A DNA stretch of 64,000 bases, taken from Candidatus Krumholzibacteriia bacterium. GTDB taxonomy: Bacteria; Krumholzibacteriota; Krumholzibacteriia; Krumholzibacteriales; Krumholzibacteriaceae. Every line of letters begins with the position of its first letter. Position 1 is the stretch's first letter. Made by a program: the position numbers and the translations under genes. The notes beneath the pieces are model-generated. The model worked only from the letters and a program-made list of their open reading frames with translations. It ran no database searches and was not told the origin of the DNA. Location of the stretch: the NCBI GenBank assembly GCA_963836185.1, contig CAWIIQ010000001.1:160001-224000 (forward strand), given 5' to 3'. This document shows, one piece after another, positions 1 to 14,675 of this stretch.

Positions 1-1824
1 CATGTAGTCAGGTGCCGCCTTGCCGGCAAAGATGTATGTGCGCGGGCAGGGAGTGTACGCGGGATCCTCCTTGAGCCGAAGCCATGAGTACATCACGTGG
101 AGGATGTTGAGAAGCTGCCTCTTGTATTCGTGAAAGCGCTTTATCTGGACGTCGTATATCGATGCCGGATCGATTTTATGCCCCGTAAGCCTGTCTGAGA
201 GTTTCGCGAGCTTTTCCTTGTTCGCGTTTTTGACGCCGGTGTAGCGCTCCATGAATTCTTCGTCGCCGGCGAATTCCTCTATGCGCCGCAGCTGCTCGAG
301 ATCGGTCACCCAGCCGCTGCCGATCTTCTCCGTTATCAGAGACGCCAGCCCGGGATTCGCCGCCAGCAGCCAGCGCCTCGGTGTTATCCCGTTCGTCTTG
401 TTATTGATCCTGCCGGGGAAGATCTCGTTGAAATCCTTAAGCAGGAATTTTTTCAGAAGTTTCGTGTGCAGCCCGGCGACTCCGTTCGTGGAGTGAGTGC
501 CGACCACGGCGAGATGGGCCATCCTGACCTTGGCAGCCGGATCACCGGTGACTATCGAGACCCGTCCGAGCCTCTCCGTGTCGCCCGGGTATCTCAGGGA
601 GACCCTCTTGCGAAACATCACGTCTATTCTGCGTATGATCTGAAGGTGACGGGGGAGCAGCCTCTCGAACATCGAAACCCGCCATTCCTCCAGAGCTTCG
701 GGCAGAAGGGTGTGATTCGTATATGCGCACGATCTGGTCGTTATATCCCATGCCTTGTCCCAGCTTACGCCGTGCTCGTCTATCAGCAGCCTCATCAACT
801 CCGCGACAGCGAGTGAGGGATGAGTGTCGTTGAGCTGTATCGCTGCCTTGTCGGGAAACTCGTCGAAATTCCTGTGATTGACCAGGTATCTTCTGATGAT
901 GTCCTGTATCGAGCAGGACACAAAGAAGTACTGCTGCATCAGCCGCAGCTCGCGGCCCTCGAATGTGCTGTCGTTGGGGTAGAGGACCTTCGAGATATTC
1001 TCGGAGAGGTTTTTCTGCTCTACGGCCTTGAGATAATCGCCGTTCTGGAAATAGTCGAGATCGAATTCCTGTGTCGCCTGCGCGGCCCAGAGCCTCAGCG
1101 TGTTGACCGTGATGTTGCCGTACCCGGCGATCGGTGTGTCGTAAGCGACCCCCATGATATCCCTCGTGCCGGTCCACTCGCGAAGCGTCTTCCCGTCCGG
1201 CCCCCACTCCTCGTTGACCTTTCCGAAGAACTTGACGACGAACGAATACTCAGGCCGCTCGATCTCCCACGGATTGCCGTACTTGAGCCACTCATCGGGG
1301 CACTCGCGCTGGGCGTTGTCCCTGATCTCCTGCTCGAAGATCCCATATTCGTACCGGATGCCGTAACCGACGGCCGGTATCATCAGCGTTGCCATAGAAT
1401 CGAGGAAACAGGCGGCCAGCCGCCCCAGTCCGCCATTGCCCAGGCCGGCGTCGGGCTCCTGGTCGATCAGTCTCTCGATATCGAGGTCGATCTTGTCCAT
1501 CGCTTCGCAGGTCGGGCCGTATATGTCGAGATTGATCAGGTTGTTGACCAGGGCCCTGCCCATCAGGTATTCGGCGGAGAGATAGTAGACGCGTTTCACG
1601 TCTTTCTGATGATAGACCTGCTGGGTCTTGATCCACTGTTCGACGAGCCTGTCGCGCGCGGTCAGGGCGAGGGCGAAATAGAGATCCCTCAGCGTCGCTG
1701 TGAACTGGTCCTTTGACCGGGAGTATTCGATATGGTTGGCGAAATCATTCAGGATACCGGCAGCATCGTACGACTTGTGAAAGATCCCCCATTTTTTGAA
1801 AATCTCACTTCTGCTCATCGGCAT
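1..1824 (-). CDS. glgP: Glycogen/starch phosphorylase, 5' part (runs off the window start)
   Basis: Not in the ORF track because there is no stop in the window. Manual translation from ATG 1824 (GGAG RBS) gives MPMSRSEIF...VKRVYYLSAEYLMGRALVNNL...GLGNGGLGRLAACFLDS...IQLNDTHP...KTNGITPRRWL...IQIKRFHEYKRQLL. Confidence 0.95.
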   Translation of the reverse strand, partial: MPMSRSEIFKKWGIFHKSYDAAGILNDFANHIEYSRSKDQFTATLRDLYFALALTARDRLVEQWIKTQQVYHQKDVKRVYYLSAEYLMGRALVNNLINLDIYGPTCEAMDKIDLDIERLIDQEPDAGLGNGGLGRLAACFLDSMATLMIPAVGYGIRYEYGIFEQEIRDNAQRECPDEWLKYGNPWEIERPEYSFVVKFFGKVNEEWGPDGKTLREWTGTRDIMGVAYDTPIAGYGNITVNTLRLWAAQATQEFDLDYFQNGDYLKAVEQKNLSENISKVLYPNDSTFEGRELRLMQQYFFVSCSIQDIIRRYLVNHRNFDEFPDKAAIQLNDTHPSLAVAELMRLLIDEHGVSWDKAWDITTRSCAYTNHTLLPEALEEWRVSMFERLLPRHLQIIRRIDVMFRKRVSLRYPGDTERLGRVSIVTGDPAAKVRMAHLAVVGTHSTNGVAGLHTKLLKKFLLKDFNEIFPGRINNKTNGITPRRWLLAANPGLASLITEKIGSGWVTDLEQLRRIEEFAGDEEFMERYTGVKNANKEKLAKLSDRLTGHKIDPASIYDVQIKRFHEYKRQLLNILHVMYSWLRLKEDPAYTPCPRTYIFAGKAAPDYM

Positions 1825-1843
1825 GGCAAATCTCCGTCTGGTA

Positions 1844-2479
1844 TTATTGTTTCTCTGTCCCTGTCAGCGGCCGCAGCGACCTGTCAAAAGCCCCTGAAGG
1901 GTCGAAGGTCTGCAGCTTGAACGTCGATCCGTCAGGTATCATCCCCGCCACTCCGTCCATATCGGTGTCGGAGAGGAGGGAGGATACGCGCGTCGTCCTG
2001 AACTCGTGCTCGATCCCGCATCGGGAGAGCAGGTCGATCGATCTGGTGATCTCACCGATCGGGGCGCTGACTCCGCACAGCCTGTCGTAAGACAGGGGAG
2101 GGGCCTTTACATCCATCGAGACGAAATCGACGAGACCCCCGGATATCAGGTCCTCGAGCACATCCGGCCTGCTGCCGTTCGTGTCGATCTTGATCCTGTA
2201 CCCGATCTCCCGGACCTTGCGCAGAAAAGCGGCAAGGCCCTCCTGCAGGGTGGGCTCGCCGCCGGTTACGACCAGGCCGTCGAGCTTTCCCGCGCGGGAA
2301 TGGAGGAAGGATAGCACATATTCTTCGGGGATGAGAAGCCCATCGTTCGGCGCGTCGGGGATGAGCCGGCCATTGTGGCAGAAGGGGCAGCGGAAGTTGC
2401 ATCCCTGCGTGAAGACGATCGCTGCCGAGCGGCCGGGGAAATCGCTGAGGCTGAATTTCTGGAATCCGCCGATTCTCAT
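1844..2479 (-). CDS. nrdG: Anaerobic ribonucleotide reductase activating enzyme (radical SAM)
   Basis: MRIGGFQKFSLSDFPG...GCNFRCPFCHN (CxxxCxxC), TGGEPT, IDTNGS. Its ATG overlaps the nrdD stop (ATGA). Confidence 0.93.
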   Translation of the reverse strand: MRIGGFQKFSLSDFPGRSAAIVFTQGCNFRCPFCHNGRLIPDAPNDGLLIPEEYVLSFLHSRAGKLDGLVVTGGEPTLQEGLAAFLRKVREIGYRIKIDTNGSRPDVLEDLISGGLVDFVSMDVKAPPLSYDRLCGVSAPIGEITRSIDLLSRCGIEHEFRTTRVSSLLSDTDMDGVAGMIPDGSTFKLQTFDPSGAFDRSLRPLTGTEKQ

Positions 2480-4624
2480 TGAATCGAATACCTCTTCCTC
2501 ATCTCGAATTCGGCCTGTTTCCCTTCGTTCCACTGATCGACCGGCCTGAGATAGCCGACGACGCGTGAATAGATCTCCGTCTCTCTCGCAGCAGTCCGGG
2601 CAGCGTTCGATCTCTCCGCTGATGTACCCGTGCTCGGGGCATACGGAAAAGGTCGGGGAGATGGTGAAATACGGGAGCCTGTAATTGTCGCACACCTTGC
2701 GCACAAAGTTTTTTATCGCCTCCGGGTCGGCGACTGCTTCGCCGAGGAAGACGTGGAGGACCGTTCCGCCGGTGTACTTCGACTGGATCTCGTCCTGCAG
2801 ATCGAGCGTCTCGAAGACATCGTCCGTGAAGTCGACAGGCAGCTGGCTCGAGTTTGTGTAGAAAGGCTCGGTCCCCTTCGCCGGCCCGCTGTCGCTGGCG
2901 CATCTGATGGAGGGGAATTTTTCCCGGTCGATCCTCGCGAGGCGGTAGGCCGTGCCCTCGGCCGGCGTCGCCTCGAGGTTGTAGAAGTTGCCCGTCTCTT
3001 CCTGGAAGATCCTGAGTTTCTCCCTCATGAAGTCGAGCGTTCTGCCCGCGAACTCAGCGCCTTTCGGATCGCCGATCGAAACGCCGTGGAAATTGAGGCA
3101 TGCCTCATTGAGGCCGACGAGCCCGATAGTGGAGAAATGGTTGAACCAGTAGCAGTCATGCCTCTCGCGCATGTTGCGAAGGTAGTATTTCGTGTAGGGA
3201 TAGAGGTTCTTTTCCGTGAATCCCTCGAGGACCTTGCGTTTCGTCTCTAGGCTCGTTCTGGCGATCTCCATGAGATGTCCGAGTCGGCCGAAGAACTCTT
3301 CCTCTGTCTCTGAAAGGTGGCCGATCCGCGGCATGTTGATCGTCACCACGCCGATCGATCCGGTCAGCGGATTGGCTCCGAAGAGGCCGCCGCCCCTCTT
3401 CTCGAGCGACGTGATGTCGAGCCTCAGCCTGCAGCACATCGAGCGGGCATCATCGGGAGAGAGGTCGGAGTTGACGAAATTGGCGAAGTAGGGGATGCCG
3501 TACTTTCCGGTCACCTCCCAGAGGCGCTCTAGACCGGGGGCGTCCCAGTCGAAATCGGACGAGATGTTGTACGTCGGTATCGGGAAGGTAAAGACGCGGC
3601 CGCGGGCGTCTCCCTCGGACAGCACCTCGAGGAATGCCCGGTTGAGTATCACCATCTCCTCGCCGAATTCCCCGTACGTCTCCTTCATCGGTTTGCCGCC
3701 GATGATGACCGGTTCCCCGGCGAGAGTGGAGGGGGGCTGCAGGTCGAGGGTGAGGTTGGTGAACGGCGTCTGGAACCCGACTCTCGTCGGTACGTTCACG
3801 TTGAAGACGAATGCCTGCAGCGCCTGCTTGACCTGCTTGTAAGAGAGTTTGTCGTAGCGGATAAAGGGCGCCAGCAGAGTGTCGAAGTTGGAGAAGGCCT
3901 GTGCGCCGGCCGCTTCGCCCTGGAGCGTGTAGAAGAAATTGACGATCTGCCCGAGCGCGGTGCTGAAGTGTTTTGCCGGGGAGCTCTCCGCCTTGCCCGC
4001 CGCTCCCCGGAAACCGCTGCGCAGAAGGTCGTGCAGGTCCCACCCGACGCAGTAGACAGACAGGAGGCCGAGGTCGTGTATGTGGAGCGCGCCGGCCGAG
4101 TGCGCCTCGCGGACCTCCGCCGTGTAGATCTTGTTGAGCCAGTATGTCTTGCTGACCTCGCTCGAGATGTAGTTGTTCAGGCCCTGGAGAGAGTAGGCCA
4201 TGTTGCTGTTTTCCTTGACCTTCCAGTCGAGTTTCTCGAGGTAGTTGTCGATCAGGTCGAGGTCGGCCTTCTTGATCATCTCCCTGATCCGCGAGTGCTG
4301 GTCGCGGTAGAGGATGTAGGCCTTGGCGGTCTTCTTGAAGGGGGATGTCAGCAGCACGTCTTCGACGACGTCCTGGATCTCCTCGACAGTTGGTACATCG
4401 TTCTGTGCCATTACCTGCGTCAGGCCGAGTACGCGGATAGTCAGCTTGCGCGCCATCTCCTCGGTGAACTCACCCGAGGCCCGTCCGGCCTTGAGGATAG
4501 CCCTCGTGATCTTGTCCGCGTCGAAATCGGCGATACGTCCGTCTCTCTTGCGGACCGATGTGAATGTCGAGGAAGGTTCCCTGTGGACTGCCTTCTTCTT
4601 TCCCCTCGTAGAAGTGGACTGCAT
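2476..4624 (-). CDS. nrdD: Class III anaerobic ribonucleoside-triphosphate reductase with N-terminal ATP cone (one frameshift near 2590)
   Basis: ATP cone (VRKRDGRIADFDADKI), SMCCRL, LEATPAEG, YTGGTVLH, CPEHG...CPDC. The glycyl-radical motif YSRVVGYLRP lies in the frame of ORF 2476..2706. AGGA RBS precedes ATG 4624. Confidence 0.93.
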
Positions 4625-4898
4625 ACGATTCCTTTCGTCCGGCTGAGGCAGCGGGCGATTACCACGCGCCGGCGTTCCTGTCGCCTGATGTCTGTCAAAG
4701 TGGCCTTGGCTCACACAGACGCTTCCGCGGCCCCATGCCCTCGGGTCCCGGTCGCGTCCTTCGAATAGAGAAAAAGTCTACCTGGCGGCAGAGGGGCTTT
4801 GAGTAGTCCTTGCAAGCATATGTGCCTTATCTTCTGCCTGTCAGGCCTGCCCTTCCCTCGAAGGCTTCGGCCCAATATATCCGCGAGTGGTCTCGCGG

Positions 4899-5084
4899 GC
4901 CGCCGGCAGGTCTTCGGACTCGCAGGCTGGTATCGGTACCGGCCTACCGGCCGCGGCTTCCCGGCTCCCTGGCGGGGGCCAGTGCCATCGTGCGGCTTTC
5001 GTTCCTGCTCACCGCTGCGGGGCAGTCCCGGAATCTCACCGGGTTCCTGTAAGCACTCCCATATATGGAGTGGTTACCGGCGGC
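4899..5084 (-). ncRNA. Cobalamin (AdoCbl) riboswitch upstream of nrdDG
   Basis: Minus strand shows P1 GCCGCCGG/CCGGCGGC, AGGAACCCGGTGAGATTCCGGGACTGCCCCGCAGCGGT, GGCACTG...CCGGGAAG and a B12 box GAGTCCGAAGACCTGCC. Confidence 0.92.
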
Positions 5085-5103
5085 AAGGCACAATATATAG
5101 TGG
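5056..5103. promoter_or_regulatory. Tandem NrdR boxes
   Basis: gcaCaATATATaGtgg (5088-5103) matches the consensus acaCwAtATaTwGtgt at 14/16 positions. A weaker box, ctcCcATATATgGagt (5056-5071), lies 32 bp away. Both are upstream of an RNR operon. Confidence 0.8.
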
Positions 5104-5121
5104 GTGTAAAAGTCGAGTCAA
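5092..5121 (-). promoter_or_regulatory. sigma70 promoter of the nrdDG leader
   Basis: TTGACT (5121-5116) followed 16-18 nt later by TATATA/TATATT, overlapping the strong NrdR box. The predicted TSS lies just before riboswitch P1. Confidence 0.65.
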
Positions 5122-5292
5122 CGAAAAACTGAAATTCATGTGAAAGTTGATCCATACTGCTGGCACAAGGGCCGCCCGGCCCACCGGTTTTGACGGTAGA
5201 CATGCTCCGAAATATATGGTATAAAAGAAGTAGGGGTTATAAGCGGACGACTGGTTCAGGAATAATCAAGGCTTTCCGGGTATCTGGGAGGG

Positions 5293-5718
5293 ATGATAAT
5301 GACCGGTCCGGGGGAAATATCAAAGGGACGCAAACGGATCCTGTTCATGGACGATGAGGAGATGCTGCGCAGCGTTGTCTCCAGGATGCTCGAGATCATG
5401 GGGTACGATGTCGTGGCCGCGGCAGACGGGGACGAAGCCTTGCGGCTCTATATCGAAGCATCGGAGAACGGGTCCCGTTTCGACGCGGTCATCCTCGACC
5501 TGAGCGTGCAGAAAGGTATGGGTGGAAGGGAAACGGCGGCGAAACTTGTAGAGTACGATCCCGGAGTGATAGCTCTTGTCTCAAGTGGCTTCGTCGGCGA
5601 TACGGTGCTGCAGAACTATCGTGAGTTCGGATTCAGCGGCGTGATCCCCAAACCATACACCTCGGATGAGCTGCGCGACGGATTGAGCAGGGCGCTTGTT
5701 CCCAGGGTGGCATCCTGA
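5293..5718 (+). CDS. Stand-alone response regulator receiver (CheY-like)
   Basis: ILFMDDEE, VILD (phospho-Asp), VSSG and IPKPY motifs, with no output domain. Confidence 0.88.
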   Translation: MIMTGPGEISKGRKRILFMDDEEMLRSVVSRMLEIMGYDVVAAADGDEALRLYIEASENGSRFDAVILDLSVQKGMGGRETAAKLVEYDPGVIALVSSGFVGDTVLQNYREFGFSGVIPKPYTSDELRDGLSRALVPRVAS

Positions 5719-5859
5719 TACGAAAAGGCGGCTGCCGGGCCTCCTCTGCTCAATAAATATCTTCACAATTTCGACTCTCTTAACATGCTGTCAATAAAGG
5801 CAATGCGATTTGTAACGCCTTCCCGGATTAAGATATAGAAAAATAATTCTCCAAGGGGG

Positions 5860-5889
5860 TTGACAAGGGCCTCTCTATCCTAGTATCGT
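5860..5889 (+). promoter_or_regulatory. Putative sigma70 promoter of gdhA
   Basis: TTGACA at 5860-5865, with a TAGTAT/TATCGT -10-like element downstream. Confidence 0.45.
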
Positions 5890-5961
5890 TCCTCTCCCGG
5901 CTGCTTCCGGCCGCCGGGGTCATACCGTTCAAGAAGTGCCCCATCGGGGCGTGGTGCGTGA

Positions 5962-10046
<4,085 letters not shown>

Positions 10047-10066
10047 CTCCGTTTTCCTTTCGTTCG

Positions 10067-10867
10067 TTATCTCATTATCACGAGTTTACGGGTCAGGACC
10101 TTTTTGCCGCACACAAGGCGGTACAGGTAAACACCCGAAGAGACATTGCTCCCCGCTTCGTTAAGGCCGTTCCAGTGCAGCGTGTGTCTGCCGCCTTCCA
10201 TCGGCTGGTCTGCAAGGGTCCTGATCTTTCTCCCCTGAACATCGAATATCTCGAGGCGGACCCTGTCGGGGCCGGGCATGTAGAACGAGATCGAAGTCGA
10301 AGGATTGAAAGGATTGGGAAAATTCTGATAAAGGGTCAGCGGTATCGAGGGCACGTCGACGGTAAGGGTGAAGGAGAGGAACTCCCTGTCGCCCTGGACT
10401 CCTCCTACCTGGTAGGTGTATGTCCGGCCGGGCAGCGCAGACTCGTCGAGGTAGATGTTGGTGCCCGCCGTTCCGAACAACTTGTCGTTGAGCCTCTCGA
10501 ACCGGTCGGGGCGTTCACCATCGCCGCGATAGATGTTGAAGCCGTCGAGCGAACCTGTCGCCGAGGCGATCCACTTCAACTCGACCGCGCCGCTGCTCAG
10601 GTACCCGGAGAATGATGCGATCGCTACCTCGACCGATGAGGATAGTCCCGCGATCTGCCAGAATCCTGGCAGTACGGTGTTGTCCGGGCCGGTCTTGTAG
10701 AAGATATGCCCTTCACCGGCAGTAAACCATACCCTGTGACTCCCGCTCGCTGTTCCCCCCATGCTTCCCTGCACGTCGTGCAGCACCTTGTATTGTGCCG
10801 ATACGGCGAGAGGGCACAGCATGATAAGGGGGACCAGTACGAGCAGTGCCCGTCTCATCTCTCTCAT
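10067..10867 (-). CDS. Secreted protein with FlgD-Ig / T9SS-like C-terminal domain
   Basis: Signal peptide and LYQNFPNPFNPSTSISF...VSSGVYLYRL...TRKLVIMR. Confidence 0.85.
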   Translation of the reverse strand: MREMRRALLVLVPLIMLCPLAVSAQYKVLHDVQGSMGGTASGSHRVWFTAGEGHIFYKTGPDNTVLPGFWQIAGLSSSVEVAIASFSGYLSSGAVELKWIASATGSLDGFNIYRGDGERPDRFERLNDKLFGTAGTNIYLDESALPGRTYTYQVGGVQGDREFLSFTLTVDVPSIPLTLYQNFPNPFNPSTSISFYMPGPDRVRLEIFDVQGRKIRTLADQPMEGGRHTLHWNGLNEAGSNVSSGVYLYRLVCGKKVLTRKLVIMR

Positions 10868-11038
10868 CGAGACCTCCTGGCTGAATTACTAAGATTCCCA
10901 TGACATAATGTTCAAGTGAACGGATATCGGCCGTGGTAATCCCCGTGTGTTTTTATGTGTTATCAACCACTTACGGATTCACGATTGCATATGTCGAGAA
11001 GGCAGGGCAAGAAAAATCAGGAATTTTTGATGATCGGC

Positions 11039-11083
11039 TTGACAGGCATCCGCTTAATGTATTAGTATTAGTAATCATTACTA
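11039..11083 (+). promoter_or_regulatory. sigma70 promoter with an adjacent Fur/PerR 7-1-7 box
   Basis: TTGACA 11039-11044 and TAGTAT about 11063-11068. Perfect inverted repeat TAGTAAT-C-ATTACTA at 11069-11083, just upstream of a Fur-family gene. Confidence 0.8.
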
Positions 11084-11103
11084 TTATTAAGTGAGGAGAT
11101 GAT

Positions 11104-11508
11104 ATGAAACCCGGTCCGAGAATGACAAAACAGCGGCAGGTGATCCTCGAGGAACTGCGGATGATGCACAATCACCCGACGGCTGATGAGCTGTACGAGA
11201 AGGTCCGCGCGAGACTCCCGAAGATAAGCCTTGGAACGGTATACAGAAATCTCGATCTGCTTGCCGGTGCGGGGATTATCAGGAGGCTGGAGAACACCGG
11301 CTCGCAGATGCGTTTCGACGGGGACCTGCACGGCCATCCGCACATCAGATGCATTTCATGCGGGAAAATAGTGGATATAGACGCTGAACCGGAGCCGACC
11401 GAGTGCGACCACAGGATCGTTGCCGGCTCGGGATTCAGGCTCGTCGAGCGCAGGGTCGAATATGTCGGTATCTGCCTCGACTGCGACACGAAACAGAAAG
11501 AGATGTGA
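11104..11508 (+). CDS. Fur-family repressor, probably PerR-like
   Basis: RMTKQR, HPTADELY, ISLGTVYRNL, HPHIRCISCG and CLDC. Heads an oxidative-stress operon. Confidence 0.9.
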   Translation: MKPGPRMTKQRQVILEELRMMHNHPTADELYEKVRARLPKISLGTVYRNLDLLAGAGIIRRLENTGSQMRFDGDLHGHPHIRCISCGKIVDIDAEPEPTECDHRIVAGSGFRLVERRVEYVGICLDCDTKQKEM

Positions 11509-12344
11509 GCAGGGTGAATATCGGCGCCGCAGAAGGAAGAAAGCTCAAGAAAGCGCTGGAAGACCTCTACAAGAGGTACGACAGGAAAAAATATGTCGAT
11601 CCCGATCCTCTGGTCTTTCTCTATGATTATCCGGATATCCGTGACAGGGAGATTGCCGGGCTGATCTCCTCGTCTCTTGCCTTCGGCGGAGTCAGGCAGA
11701 TAATGGCCAGTGTCGGAAAGGTTCTCTCCCCGATGGGAGCTTCTCCGCGCGAATTCGTGATGAACACGAACGTGAAAAGACTTTCGAAGATATACGAAGG
11801 ATTCAAACACAGGTGGGCAACATCGGATGACATCGTACAGATGCTCGATGGAGTAAGGACGATGACAGAAAAGTACGGTTCACTCGAAAAGGGCTTCACG
11901 GCGGGGATGGATGAGGACGATGAAGATGTGATTCCCGCGATGACGAGATTCGCCTCGAGAGATAGTCTGCGTCGGCAGCGGCGCGGGCGTCTGCCTGATA
12001 CCCGATCCGTGCCGCAAGAGCGCCTGCAAGAGGCTCAACCTCTTTCTGCGTTGGATGGTCAGAAGCGACAATGTCGACCCGGGAGGATGGAGACGGAGTG
12101 CCCGCCTCGAAGCTGATAATACCGCTCGATACCCATATGTACAGGTTCGCTTCGCTGCTCGGCATGACCGGGCGGAAACAGGCGAATCTCGCGACGGCCA
12201 GGGAGATAACCGCGGAATTCGCGATGATCTCCCCGGCGGATCCCTGTGAAGTACGACTTCGCGCTGACGAGGCTCGGGATAAGGCGCGACGACGACCGCG
12301 GCGAACTGATGGCGAAACTCGGCATCACGGCCGCGGCCGGATAG
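11505..12344 (+). CDS. TIGR02757/DUF2400 family protein (several frameshifts, about 11955-12245)
   Basis: DPDPL, DREIAGLISSSLAFG, SACKRLNLFLRWMVR, IPLDTH and KYDFALTRLGI, spread over three frames. Confidence 0.8.
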
Positions 12345-12352
12345 ATGGAGTG

Positions 12353-13609
12353 ATGATGGAGTTTATTCAGGAAATACTGCTGCAGACCTGGGAGACGCTC
12401 AGGGAGATGTCCCCGTTTCTCCTCTTCGGATTTATGATAGCAGGGATCCTTTACGTTTTCATAAAGCCGGAGCTAGTAGAGAAGCATCTCGGAGGAAAGG
12501 GCACGGCCCAGGTCGTGAAAGCATCTTTGCTCGGGGTGCCCCTGCCCCTGTGTTCGTGCGGGGTGATCCCGGTTGCCGCCTCCCTGAGGAGGCACGGCGC
12601 GGGGAAGGGAGCGACGACATCGTTTCTGATCTCTACTCCTCAGACCGGAGTCGACAGCATAATGGTGACGCTCAGTCTTCTCGGTCCGGTATTCGCCGTG
12701 TTCAGGCCCCTTTTCGCCTTTATCAGCGGGGTCTTCGGCGGTTCGGTCGTCAATCTTCTCGACAGGGAGGATGACAGCGAGGCTCATGAGCATCCCGTCT
12801 GCACCGACTGCGACGAGGACGGCAGCCACAGGAGCGCCGGCATCGGCGGCGCGATGAAATACGGCTTCCATACTCTCCCGAGGGATATCAACAGGGCGCT
12901 GATAATCGGTATAATACTCGCCGGGTTTATCGGAGCTCTCGTTCCCGATGATTATTTTGCCTCGATTCTCGGCGGCGGCATCATCGCGATGCTCGTGATG
13001 ATGGCTGTCGGGATCCCCATATATGTTTGCGCAACGGCATCTGTGCCGATCGCCGCCGCTCTTATTGCCAAGGGCGTCTCGCCCGGCGCGGCTCTTGTCT
13101 TCCTCATGACGGGCCCCGCGACGAACGCGGCGACTATCATGACGATATCGAAGGTGATGGGAAGGCGCACAGCGGTGATCTATCTCGCCACGGTGGCGCT
13201 CAGCGCGATAGCGGGCGGGCTGCTCCTCGACGCGATATACCAGGCCGGATCCTTTCAGGGCGCGATGGAGCATCCGTGGATGCTTCCCGGCTGGCTCAAG
13301 AGTGTCAGCGCGGTCCTGGTCGTCGCCGTGATAGCCGGCTCCTTCTTCCGTATCCCGGAGAAGCAGCCGGAAATCGAGGATAACGAGGGTAACAGCATGA
13401 AGTTAAAGATAGAGGGAATGACATGTGAGCACTGCGTGGACAGCGTGACGAGGGCTCTGAAGGAAAGCCGGGGCGTCAAAACGGCCCTGGTGGATCTGAA
13501 GAAAGGAGAAGCAGTCGTGACTGGCGGGGACATGGACGTATCCCTGCTCAGGGAGGCGGTAGAGAGCCTCGGATATAAAGTGACCGGATCGGACGATTCC
13601 GGGACTTGA
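12353..13609 (+). CDS. SO_0444/DUF318-type metal permease with C-terminal HMA domain
   Basis: GVPLPLCSCGVIP, STPQTGVDS, YVCATASVP, GPATN, several TM helices, and C-terminal GMTCEHC. True start is likely ATG 12353 or 12356. Confidence 0.9.
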   Translation: MMEFIQEILLQTWETLREMSPFLLFGFMIAGILYVFIKPELVEKHLGGKGTAQVVKASLLGVPLPLCSCGVIPVAASLRRHGAGKGATTSFLISTPQTGVDSIMVTLSLLGPVFAVFRPLFAFISGVFGGSVVNLLDREDDSEAHEHPVCTDCDEDGSHRSAGIGGAMKYGFHTLPRDINRALIIGIILAGFIGALVPDDYFASILGGGIIAMLVMMAVGIPIYVCATASVPIAAALIAKGVSPGAALVFLMTGPATNAATIMTISKVMGRRTAVIYLATVALSAIAGGLLLDAIYQAGSFQGAMEHPWMLPGWLKSVSAVLVVAVIAGSFFRIPEKQPEIEDNEGNSMKLKIEGMTCEHCVDSVTRALKESRGVKTALVDLKKGEAVVTGGDMDVSLLREAVESLGYKVTGSDDSGT

Positions 13610-13663
13610 TAGATAGGTCGAACAGGAGTACACTGATTAACCCGATTCCTAAGGAGGAAACAA

Positions 13664-14238
13664 ATGTCAATTGAAGGGCACGAAGACCGAGAAGAACATC
13701 CTCGCCGCGTTCACCGGCGAGTCGCAGGCACGCAACCGCTACACCTATTTCGCCAGCAAGGCGAAGAAGGAAGGATTCGTCCAGATCTCCGAAATATTCA
13801 CGGAGACGGCGAACCAGGAGAAGGAGCACGCCAAGAGACTGTTCAAGCTTCTCGAGGGCGGAGAGGTCGAGATAACCGGGAGCTTCCCCGCGGGTGTCAT
13901 CGGCACTACGCAGGAGAACCTGATGGAAGCGGCCGGCGGGGAGAACTACGAGTGGACGCGAGATGTATCCCGGGTTCGCAAAGATCGCCCGCGAAGAGGG
14001 CTTCGACGAGATCGCCGTGATCTTCGAGTCGATCGCCAATGCGGAGAAGCAGCACGAGAAGAGATACAACGACCTGAGGGAAAATATCGAGAACGGTTCG
14101 GTCTTCAAGAAGGACAAGCCGGTCGTCTGGCGCTGCCGCAACTGCGGGTACACCCATACCGGCGAGGAAGCTCCCGACCAGTGCCCCGCGTGCGCGCACC
14201 CGAAGGCGCATTTCGAGGTCCTCGGGGAGAACTGGTAA
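13664..14238 (+). CDS. rbr: Rubrerythrin (frameshifts near 13670 and 13960)
   Basis: KGTKTEKNILAAFTGESQARNRYTYF, EKEHAK, MYPGFAKIAREEGF, WRCRNCGY...CPACAHP. Confidence 0.93.
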
Positions 14239-14290
14239 ACGAACGGAAATATTTTCGAAAGCGATTCCAATAACGTGAAAGGAGCCTGAA

Positions 14291-14669
14291 ATGGCAAAGA
14301 GACTGGAAGTTTACAAATGCGACATGTGCGGCAACATCGTTGAGGTCCTCACCGGCGGAGCGGGCAAGCTCGTCTGCTGCGGGCAGGAGATGAAGGTATT
14401 CGAAGAGAAGACCGCCGATTCCTCGACCGAGAAGCATGTGCCCTGTGATCGAGAAGATCGACGGCGGATACAAGGTCGTTGTCGGCAGCACGCTCCATCC
14501 GATGGAGGAGAAGCATTACATCGAGTGGATCCAGCTGATGTCGGGCGACGCGTCGATCAGGGCCTTCCTGAAGCCCGGCGACGCCCCGGAAGCTGTCTTC
14601 ATGTGTGATTTCGATGATGTCTCGGCCCGTGAGTACTGCAATGTACACGGGCTGTGGAAGGAGGAATAG
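14291..14669 (+). CDS. dfx: Desulfoferrodoxin / superoxide reductase (frameshift near 14443)
   Basis: YKCDMCGN...[30 protein letters not shown]. Confidence 0.93.
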
Positions 14670-14675
14670 ACAGAA

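Noticed and set aside
251-1716. Long plus-strand ORFs (e.g. 820..1716) and similar antisense ORFs throughout the window
   Set aside because: These are shadow ORFs opposite real genes in GC-rich DNA, with no protein motifs.
1844-4714. Apparent 956-aa NrdD-NrdG fusion
   Set aside because: The fused frame lacks the essential YSRVVGY glycyl-radical motif, which is in another frame ending in an ATGA overlap with nrdG. A 1-nt indel near 2590 explains it.
4625-4898. Leader peptide between the riboswitch and nrdD
   Set aside because: The ATG at 4819 gives only 13 codons with no informative composition.
5161-5175. sigma54 promoter TGGCACAAGGGCCGC before the receiver gene
   Set aside because: The -12 element is poor, and a TTGACG sigma70-like site nearby is at least as plausible.
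12071-13609. 512-aa fusion of a TIGR02757 fragment to the permease
   Set aside because: Frameshift artefact. The permease has its own GGAG RBS and ATG at 12353/12356.
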